A stretch of 64,000 bases of DNA from a virus (taxonomy: Duplodnaviria > Caudoviricetes): IMG/VR virus record IMGVR_UViG_3300011480_000001, positions 1 to 64,000 of that record, one strand, 5' to 3'. Numbering within the stretch: position 1 is the stretch's first letter; every line of letters starts with the position of its first letter. Shown piece by piece: positions 29,252 through 36,059 of the stretch. The notes beneath the pieces were generated by a model that saw only the letters and a program-made list of their open reading frames with translations, was not told where the DNA came from and made no database searches. The position numbers and the translations under genes were made by a program.

Positions 29252-30760
29252 CTAGGTATTTTCATTATTTGATGTTGAGCTATCGCCACTACCGCCTGAA
29301 GAAGAACCAGTTCCATTCCCTAGACCAGTCTCCATCCCGTCACCGCTTCTTGAAGTATCTTCCCCAAGTAAACTATTTAACTCTTCTTGGGACATATCAA
29401 CAGGAATACGATAAGGGATATCAGCAGTTTCAAGGATCCAGTTAATCGTCTCTCTAACGCGCGGGAGATTTCCAGTAGCGGAAACACGTTGAATCCACTT
29501 ACTAACTTCATCTAGTGAAGGCTTGCTAATCTCACCATAAGTGATTTCTGGCATCACATCAGTAGAGAATCCGTTTAGCTCAAATAACTGGCGAACTAGG
29601 TCGTGATTTAGCTGAGACTTAATCTCGTTCAGTTTACTTTCAATCGCCATTTCAATAACAGAAATCTTAGTTTCTGCAAGAGAGAAAGAACCAGAACCGT
29701 TAGATCCAAGTGAAAGGAAATCAGAGAAAAGGCAAGTAAGAATTTCAGAATTATAACGAGCAATAATTGCGTTAGTGTCGTAACTCGATTGTCCTGTTAC
29801 ACTTTTAACCTCAAACTCAAACATTTTATTATTGTTATCGTCTGTGATTAATGGAAGAATGATGCCTGATTGTTTAGCTTGATGAATGTTTGCAAGAATC
29901 TTTTTATACTCTTCAAACACTGCTTTATCCTGCTCTGTTGCATCAGCCTTCATATACTGAGGGGGTAGGTAAAGGATCTTGAATCCGTTTACATCCTGTG
30001 CAACTCTCATTGCCTCTGATTCCATATAAGCTTGTTTATATTTCCAAGCCTGCCAGCAACCATTTAAGGAGCTAACCCCTGTAGGAGAATTCTTTAATGG
30101 GTTGTTGCGGAAAAGTAAGAACTTTTTACGAGGAATAAACTTACGCTGAGTTTCTTCACTGTAAACGAAGTCCCAACCTTGGTAGTCTTCTGGTTGACCA
30201 GGTACAACTACGTTTTGATAAAGTCCCGCAAGCTCACGTCCTTTGTTTTTCCATTTCCAGCCGTCAATAGAATCTTGGGAGCGGATAGGTAGCTTCTTGA
30301 TACCAATCAGTCCATCATTATACTTACTTCCTTTATCTCTCGTTCTGTATCTGTAACATTTTTCAATGACACAAAAACCGTAACGATTAAAGCTTACGAC
30401 TTGTTTGATAAAAGATTGCCAATCCTCCTCCATATCGTACATACACTGGCGTAGGAAATTAGCTTTATCTTTCAATTCATCTTCATAACCTTCGGGGATT
30501 TTTACAACCCAAGGTACACGAGCAATCATCATTTCAACAAGTTCAAGGGCAGGTGCCACAGCACCGTCTTTAGCCATTTTCTTGTAAGTTTCACCGGCCA
30601 TCGGCCACCTTAGCTCCCGGCTGCAATCCTCTAGAATTTGACCTCCTAACGTAAGGAGGCCCACATACCCTGTCTCTCCTAGAGTAAGAGCAGGGATATC
30701 GTTATTTCCAGGGGACAGTTGAACATCCTCTGAAGACTCAATTTCAACTTCAGCCATCAC
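29252..30760 (-). CDS. portal protein
   Basis: YGF.V.E..Y, IP..KFL.F....NSP.G, GS.SLA; between terL and protease. Confidence 0.88.
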   Translation of the reverse strand: MMAEVEIESSEDVQLSPGNNDIPALTLGETGYVGLLTLGGQILEDCSRELRWPMAGETYKKMAKDGAVAPALELVEMMIARVPWVVKIPEGYEDELKDKANFLRQCMYDMEEDWQSFIKQVVSFNRYGFCVIEKCYRYRTRDKGSKYNDGLIGIKKLPIRSQDSIDGWKWKNKGRELAGLYQNVVVPGQPEDYQGWDFVYSEETQRKFIPRKKFLLFRNNPLKNSPTGVSSLNGCWQAWKYKQAYMESEAMRVAQDVNGFKILYLPPQYMKADATEQDKAVFEEYKKILANIHQAKQSGIILPLITDDNNNKMFEFEVKSVTGQSSYDTNAIIARYNSEILTCLFSDFLSLGSNGSGSFSLAETKISVIEMAIESKLNEIKSQLNHDLVRQLFELNGFSTDVMPEITYGEISKPSLDEVSKWIQRVSATGNLPRVRETINWILETADIPYRIPVDMSQEELNSLLGEDTSRSGDGMETGLGNGTGSSSGGSGDSSTSNNENT

Positions 30761-31497
30761 TACCCCTCATTAAACTTTACCCACTTACTATCTTGACAAG
30801 GAATCCAACCTTCCTTAAATTTCTTAAGTATAGTAAAAATTGAACTTCTAGGGACTTCATCACAATACAACTCATTATAGAGTTTAGTGAATCTACGCTC
30901 ACCCAGTTTATCAGAGTTAATCCAAACTTCATAAAATACTTGTGCATTCTTCCAAAGCAATGTTAGATAAGGTCTTGCAACTACCTTAGAAGTTTCCCAA
31001 GGAGCAAGATTCTTATTCCTAGCGGCTTTTGACATATTCTTTCTTGCGGTTTCTGATCTTTTTGCGCCAAGATTAGCCATACGGGTACGCTCTATTGACT
31101 CAGGAGATTGTTTCCTGCCTTTGCTTGCAGCTCCAGTTTTCAGCTTAGCTTCTTCTGTATGCTTCTTACCGAAGAAAGGATTGCCCGCGCCCTTATTAGC
31201 TGTTGAGGCTACTATTCGGGCCTTTTCAAATTCTCTTGAAGTAGTCTTATAGCTATTACTCATAATCCAATACGCTCTTTGGTATTGTTTACAAGACTTA
31301 TTAGACTTCCACAAAAGTTTATGGGCAAGGAAATGTTCCCTCAAAGTGAGTAACACTAGGTTTTCTTTCTTGTTTGATCCACCCATACTTCTCAAGACAA
31401 TATGGTGCTTCTCAGTATAAAAATTTAATTTATTCTTGTTCAGACCTCTAGCCTGCCTTGAGTAAACAAGTTTGTTGTAAAGATCTAAGTAATTCAA
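30760..31497 (-). CDS. free-standing HNH homing endonuclease with NUMOD3 motifs
   Basis: EKHHIV.RSMGGSN..ENLV.LT.REH..AH; NPFFGKKHTEEAK; TTG start. Confidence 0.88.
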   Translation of the reverse strand: MNYLDLYNKLVYSRQARGLNKNKLNFYTEKHHIVLRSMGGSNKKENLVLLTLREHFLAHKLLWKSNKSCKQYQRAYWIMSNSYKTTSREFEKARIVASTANKGAGNPFFGKKHTEEAKLKTGAASKGRKQSPESIERTRMANLGAKRSETARKNMSKAARNKNLAPWETSKVVARPYLTLLWKNAQVFYEVWINSDKLGERRFTKLYNELYCDEVPRSSIFTILKKFKEGWIPCQDSKWVKFNEG

Positions 31498-31519
31498 AAT
31501 TATTTCCTTATATTAGTTT

Positions 31520-32878
31520 CTATTGTCCTGCACGTTGAAATGGGTTATCAAAGCTTAGTTGAGAACCTTGAAGCCCTGATAGGAAGTTTGGAATGTTAAT
31601 TTTCTGAGCTAATGTAATAAATGAATCACTTGAGGCGTCCACTTGGTCATCTTTTACTCTTCTTGTTCCATCAAAACCTTCAAGTTCTGAGAAATAGGTT
31701 TCATTCCAAGGGGCCTCAACGTAGTCAATAAGACCTGCTTGAGCAGCAGCAGCAAAAGGCTGGAACCTTACCACTTTTGATTTATTAGAGGGCCGCATGC
31801 GAGCAGCGAAACCTTCACCCAATAGATCCTTAATCATCATCTGACCAGCAGCTTTACCAGCTTGTCCTGGCTCTTGTGGAATAATAATCTGAGTTTCCGG
31901 GGGATCTGATTTAGCAGTCTCAATAATCTTTTGCATTACTTCGCCAAACCTAGCCCTGAATCTCACCACATCCACGACTACATACCTCTGATCTTTAGTC
32001 TTCGCGATAAGAACACCACAGGTCCAATCGGGGTTGGGCAGGTCATCCGACGGAAGAGAACCAGCTATATCCCAAGCCCTACAGTAAGATATAATATTTA
32101 AATCTACAAAGCTTGTAGCCTTACACCACTCTTTTTTGAAGTAACCGCTTGAAGATTCACGAACAAGCCAATTGCCGTCTAAAAGCCTGGACTTTTCTAC
32201 GCCCTTAAGACCCTTTAACCACGCAACGTACTTTGGGTTAATTCGTTGCACGATTGGGTTATCGGTTACGTTGGCACTGATAAAAGTGAAAGAAAGAATA
32301 TCCTCTAAAAGTACCCCATACTCTTCTGCAATCTCTTCAGGAGAATCACCCCAAACAAAGTCACCATCTTGGAAAGTAAAATAACGAAGCAGTCCATCCT
32401 TAGTTCTGTCTGGCGTACCATCTTCATGCAGATAAGGTTCTACCCATTTACGTAAAAAATGATCATAGGAAGGATTGCACGTAATTTTAAGCTTAGGTTG
32501 TACTTCGGGGCAGTTTGGGTTACGCATACGAGACATGATATACTGAATCATATGCTGCGTGAATTGCGTGCCCTCATCTACATAGTACAAATTTGCCTCA
32601 GCGCCTTGCCAGTCTTCATCGGCATCATCGTTTTCGAAGTGCTTCATGTAGATTTCAGCTTTGGACTTGAAGAAAACAAATTTCTTATCTTTAGCATACC
32701 AACGATATTCGTCTGGTTTATATGCTTTAGAAAATATACGCTTGCACTTAGATAGAAGTCCACCTGGACCCATAAGCTGTGGAGTTGTACGTCGAGTCAT
32801 TACCCCAATAAAGTTGGGAATGTCTGTGTATTGAAGGAAGTCAATGGCTCCGATTTCAGATTTACCGGAGCCTGCTGC
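31520..32878 (-). CDS. terL: terminase large subunit, exon 2
   Basis: Begins AAGSGKS; YYVDE Walker B, CNP, RAWD.A, DDQVDA nuclease motif. Confidence 0.93.
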   Translation of the reverse strand, partial: AAGSGKSEIGAIDFLQYTDIPNFIGVMTRRTTPQLMGPGGLLSKCKRIFSKAYKPDEYRWYAKDKKFVFFKSKAEIYMKHFENDDADEDWQGAEANLYYVDEGTQFTQHMIQYIMSRMRNPNCPEVQPKLKITCNPSYDHFLRKWVEPYLHEDGTPDRTKDGLLRYFTFQDGDFVWGDSPEEIAEEYGVLLEDILSFTFISANVTDNPIVQRINPKYVAWLKGLKGVEKSRLLDGNWLVRESSSGYFKKEWCKATSFVDLNIISYCRAWDIAGSLPSDDLPNPDWTCGVLIAKTKDQRYVVVDVVRFRARFGEVMQKIIETAKSDPPETQIIIPQEPGQAGKAAGQMMIKDLLGEGFAARMRPSNKSKVVRFQPFAAAAQAGLIDYVEAPWNETYFSELEGFDGTRRVKDDQVDASSDSFITLAQKINIPNFLSGLQGSQLSFDNPFQRAGQ

Positions 32879-33119
32879 CAATACTGTTATGAAGTTCGCT
32901 AAACTTCTCTCAAGTTTCCCTGAGTGTCGGACCAACTCTTAATTCAAAAGAATTCTCTCTGTTTCGGGAATCGCTTGACCCCTACTCTACTCACTTCCAC
33001 TTACGTGTGTTTTCGATGGCCTCTACGCACTGTCTTTAAACATTGGCACGGGATTACCCTCAGCATTGCCTGTTAGGGCTTCCCCGTTTAAGAGAGTTTT
33101 AAATGGAGGCGCAGATTTC
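32879..33119 (-). ncRNA. ORF-less group I self-splicing intron in terL (241 nt)
   Basis: Exon ends in U, intron ends in G; P1 AUGGUGGU/GCCUCCAU with U.G; P AAACGGGGAA, Q AAUCCCGUG, R GUAGAGGCCA, S AAGAGUUGGUCC; splicing restores YGG-AAGSGKS. Confidence 0.92.
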
Positions 33120-33203
33120 ACCACCATATAGTGTTACATCAGCTTGACTTTGGACGTACATCAACTGGCGTTGACTACAAGGTCCCGGTAAGTCTTGATT
33201 CAT
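33120..33203 (-). CDS. terL: terminase large subunit, exon 1 (28 codons)
   Basis: MNQDLPGPCSQRQLMYVQSQADVTLYGG with AAGGGA RBS; contains the adenine-binding Q motif. Confidence 0.88.
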
Positions 33204-33234
33204 CTTGATCCCTTTTATTAACTATTTTATGTAT

Positions 33235-33410
33235 AGTTGGCTCAGAGACTCCATATTTTATTGCGGAGTCCCTACAATTTACTCTAGCTAAATAAAACGG
33301 GGTGTCCCCCGACAAGCTCGAAAAGGTAAGCGCCCTACCTCACCAACCGTATTACCACAGCCTCATGTTTGGATTTACGGAACGCTTGTAACTAAATAAA
33401 GTAGAGGCCA
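33235..33410 (-). ncRNA. structured RNA / terL leader
   Basis: GUUGG/CCAAC closing stem around three GC-rich hairpins; GCCUC/GAGGC stem upstream. Confidence 0.45.
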
Positions 33411-33444
33411 CCGAAGCAACATACTTTCTTAAACTGTCTATACA

Positions 33445-33472
33445 GTATAATGCGAAGTTGCTAATTTTGCAA
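33445..33472 (-). promoter_or_regulatory. sigma70 promoter upstream of the terL leader
   Basis: TTGCAA-17-TATACT. Confidence 0.6.
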
Positions 33473-33496
33473 CCACTTATAACAAATAATTTTAAA

Positions 33497-33871
33497 TTAA
33501 TTAGCTTCTTCAGAATCTTCAGAGGATTCTTGTCCAACAGCTTTTAGATATTGGCGGATTAGTAGATCGCGTGAGCGTCCAGTCAAACCTGTGTCTCTAC
33601 GAACTACGTGTTTCATGTCGTCCCATTCCATGGCCTCAAGTTGTTCTTTAGTGTACACTTCAAGGATACGTTGGAACTGGAAACCCGGAGTATTTTCCAT
33701 AAGCTCTTCAGTCTCAAAGTACATGAATGCTTGATGAGGGAAACGCATGAAAGGAACTTTACCCTCTTGAAGAACAGCACCTTTATTAGCAAGAGCTACA
33801 ACGTTGCGCATAAAATCAAAACCAAGACTGTCTTTGGTTCCAGTGACTAGTACAATATATTTGTTTGACAT
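33497..33871 (-). CDS. hypothetical protein between terS and terL
   Basis: Protein-like sequence from MSNKY; the longer ORF extension runs through structured RNA. Confidence 0.7.
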   Translation of the reverse strand: MSNKYIVLVTGTKDSLGFDFMRNVVALANKGAVLQEGKVPFMRFPHQAFMYFETEELMENTPGFQFQRILEVYTKEQLEAMEWDDMKHVVRRDTGLTGRSRDLLIRQYLKAVGQESSEDSEEAN

Positions 33872-33966
33872 TTTAAATTCCGAAATGATTGAATAAGATA
33901 TAAATTGCTTTATCGAACACTCTTTATCAAAGTGCTCTGTACAACAATTTAAGAATAGGTGCTGAA

Positions 33967-34150
33967 GGCCACTTATCTTCCTGCCAATCAGCCTGCAAGC
34001 ACGAAAGTCTGCTCGCCTCTCCACAGACCTCGTTTACGTGAAGTCACTTCGGCCACGTTTCCACACGGGCATTAGGAATAAGGGCCTCTAGATTGGTTCT
34101 AGAGGCAAACTCACTAGGCAAAGTGAGATACCAAGCACGCAGCTTGATAC
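33967..34150 (-). ncRNA. structured RNA(s) 3' of the Thr-like tRNA
   Basis: Three hairpins, then a ~120-nt multi-stem domain closed by GGCC-CUUAU-UCCU-GCC / GGC-AGGA-AUAAG-GGCC. Confidence 0.5.
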
Positions 34151-34225
34151 TGGAGGCAAAGTTCGGAGTCAAACCGAAGTCACGGCGTTACAAAGGCCGG
34201 GTAATGATCACTATACGACAATGCC
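34151..34225 (-). tRNA. non-canonical tRNA, anticodon UGU (Thr-like)
   Basis: Cloverleaf with encoded CCA; two U.U mismatches in acceptor stem, C31.C39, T-loop UUUGACU. Confidence 0.7.
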
Positions 34226-34233
34226 AAAACTAT

Positions 34234-34647
34234 TTAATCTTTCTTGCTACCATCCAACATCGTCAAGCTAAACCTCTTGACGGGAACTTCAGGAACAACT
34301 TCTTCCTTTTCTCCCTCTTCGTTGTTATCTTCAGCTAACTCTTTCTTAAGAGTATAGCGAGATTTCTCTTCGTTCAACACAGCAGCTTGAGTCGTAACAG
34401 CCCTCTCGCAAATCCATCGGGCGATTTGAAGTTGGTCTTTGTCTTGAACAATTGGATCACCATTCTCGTCTTGCTTTGCATCAAGAACAGCATCAATGAT
34501 TTCCATTGCTTTAGGAACACGAGCAAGCAGTTCGTTAGCTAATTCTTTTAGCTTTGAACGAGGAATACGCTTGCCTCTGATCCCTTTTTGATTTCGGTTC
34601 TGAGGGTTTGAACTTAATCCTTGTTTGTTTCCGACTGGTGCTGCCAT
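34234..34647 (-). CDS. terS: terminase small subunit (probable)
   Basis: MAAPVGNK...NP...G N-terminus typical of TerS; upstream of terL. Confidence 0.65.
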   Translation of the reverse strand: MAAPVGNKQGLSSNPQNRNQKGIRGKRIPRSKLKELANELLARVPKAMEIIDAVLDAKQDENGDPIVQDKDQLQIARWICERAVTTQAAVLNEEKSRYTLKKELAEDNNEEGEKEEVVPEVPVKRFSLTMLDGSKKD

Positions 34648-34713
34648 GAAAAATACCTCTTATTATTCTTTACTTTCTTTGTAAAAACTACTCAGAGAAT
34701 AGGCTTTAGAAAG

Positions 34714-34856
34714 AAGTCTATATGAGAGGAGAAAGACACATATAGACTTGGAAGCGGCTATACGAAGGAGGAGAGACAACGTACAGCCAATAGGCGTTCA
34801 ACTACAAACAAGGAGAGAATCTGTAGTTGAACATTCACGCATTACTAAGGAGGATT
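34714..34856 (-). ncRNA. tandem hairpins with anti-Shine-Dalgarno (CUCCU) loops
   Basis: Hairpins at 34714-34749, 34756-34788 and 34796-34832; G.U pairs form only on the minus strand. Confidence 0.7.
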
Positions 34857-34863
34857 TTACTTT

Positions 34864-35157
34864 TTAGCGTGAAGAAGACACTCTAATGAGACCATTATTT
34901 TCATACTCAGTTTCGTCGTATTCGTGACTGAATAATTTATAATACACTTCATCAGAAAACTGTTCAGTTTCAGCTAAGCTGTGTGCAACCATATTAGCTC
35001 GACCAACATTAGGAAACTCACCAAGATTTTCGCTAGATGTTGACTGAGACGATTGTGTGTATTTCGTCACTACATAACGAGTAACTGGTCTTACTTTATA
35101 CTCAACCTTGGCGTAAGGCTTTTCTTCTGTTACATTTAAATCTTCAATTTCAATCAT
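34864..35157 (-). CDS. hypothetical protein
   Basis: GGAG RBS; YKVRPVTRYVVT motif. Confidence 0.7.
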   Translation of the reverse strand: MIEIEDLNVTEEKPYAKVEYKVRPVTRYVVTKYTQSSQSTSSENLGEFPNVGRANMVAHSLAETEQFSDEVYYKLFSHEYDETEYENNGLIRVSSSR

Positions 35158-35254
35158 ATTTACTTAACTCCACAGAGTTTTTAAATTTAAAATTACAATC
35201 CGCAGATTGTGTTATTAGTTTGTAGTCTTTCCCACTGTCATTTAAAACTTAGGT

Positions 35255-35439
35255 ATTACAGAGGAAGTCGCACCGTTCTGTTAGCTACGCCCTCAAGGGG
35301 ACTGGGTCCAGAACATATAGCATTTTAAGCTATATCCGCTTCCAACAGAGAGTGTATTCCTCTGTCCGTCCAATGACTAATTAAAGTCCAGTGCCGCCTA
35401 ATACACAACGGTGCTCACTGCTGGTCTTACGTCTGTAAT
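35255..35439 (-). ncRNA. ~185-nt rod-like structured RNA
   Basis: Nested long-range stems AUUACAGA/UCUGUAAU, GCACCGUU/AACGGUGC, GGACU/AGUCC plus two internal hairpins. Confidence 0.55.
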
Positions 35440-35442
35440 GTT

Positions 35443-35531
35443 TGGCAACCCGTAGAAGTAATGATCTCCGTGACGATCCATCCTCATGTTTTACGTCAAA
35501 GGCTTAGAAGACCTCTTGAGGGGTACGGGTT
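35443..35531 (-). tRNA. D-armless tRNA-like RNA, anticodon UCU (Arg-like)
   Basis: Perfect AACCCGU/ACGGGUU acceptor plus G-CCA; AGAGGU-CUUCUAA-GCCUUU arm; long variable arm; no D-arm. Confidence 0.6.
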
Positions 35532-35536
35532 ATATG

Positions 35537-35611
35537 TGGTGGGACCAGCAGAAATTGCATCTGCATATCTCGTCTTATGAGGACGGTTCATTACTTTTAT
35601 GATATAGTCCC
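35537..35611 (-). tRNA. tRNA with CAU anticodon (Met or Ile2)
   Basis: GGGACUA/UGGUCCC acceptor, A-CCA, loop CUCAUAA, T-arm GCAGA-UGCAAUU-UCUGC. Confidence 0.82.
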
Positions 35612-35619
35612 GTAAATTC

Positions 35620-36025
35620 ATTGCACCCTAAAGTCATAAAATCAGGAGTTAAGGAATTACCTACATTTCTGTATTCTTTAGGACGACTTTACCAGAATGT
35701 GACGTATTCTACTCACTTACCGAAGGTCAAAATAAGCTTTCAAACAGAGCGTCTTCACAGATAGCTCATTCTGATTTTTATAATTGCCTTTCGGCCAACA
35801 GAATTCCTAGCGTCTGCTAGGCTACGGTGTAATTGGTGTAAACCTACACTATCTCTCACCCTGTGAATTCGTAGAACTACTAAATCGTATCCGCTCTCGT
35901 AGTCGTAGCTCGGATTTAGCATCCCTGTTGGAAGGACTGGTCTACTCGCCAACGTATTACGCCGCGTATGAACGTAATATCCGTGTTGCTCTTTTAAATT
36001 CCCGAAGCCTCTTCGGCTTTCCTGT
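35620..36025 (-). ncRNA. ~400-nt structured RNA ahead of the tRNA cluster
   Basis: Many stems (CCAACAG/CUGUUGG, CUAAAUC/GAUUUAG, CCUAGC/GCUAGG, GCC-GAAA-GGC, AAAAUCAG/CUGAUUUU) directly behind a consensus promoter. Confidence 0.5.
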
Positions 36026-36031
36026 GCTGAC

Positions 36032-36059
36032 ATTATACACTATTTATTTATATTGTCAA
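36032..36059 (-). promoter_or_regulatory. consensus sigma70 promoter for the ncRNA/tRNA operon
   Basis: TTGACA-16-TATAAT. Confidence 0.8.

Noticed and set aside
32879-32935. Tracked TerL N-terminus MVRHSGKLERSLANFITVL
   Set aside because: It is intron sequence (S/P9 region); the real N-terminus is the upstream exon.
33280-33400. Twister-ribozyme-like words GUUACAAGC and UAGAGUAA in the terL leader
   Set aside because: The P2/P4 stems and pseudoknots of a twister could not be built around them.
33872-34024. N-terminal extension of the 175-aa ORF
   Set aside because: GTG start lies inside a structured RNA domain; protein-like sequence begins at MSNKY (33871).
34714-34856. Reading the hairpins as a + strand RsmY/RsmZ-like sponge or as a CRISPR array
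   Set aside because: Wobble pairs favour the minus strand and the loops are longer than ANGGAN hexaloops, so the sponge reading is disfavoured but not excluded. The stems are not repeats and there are no cas genes.
35620-36025. tmRNA or RNase P RNA identity for the large RNA
   Set aside because: No alanyl-tRNA-like ends or tag ORF; only a partial GGAAAG match and no P4 partner.
35755-36033. 92-aa ORF in the RNA region
   Set aside because: Its ATG overlaps the -10 box, it has no RBS, and it runs through paired stems.
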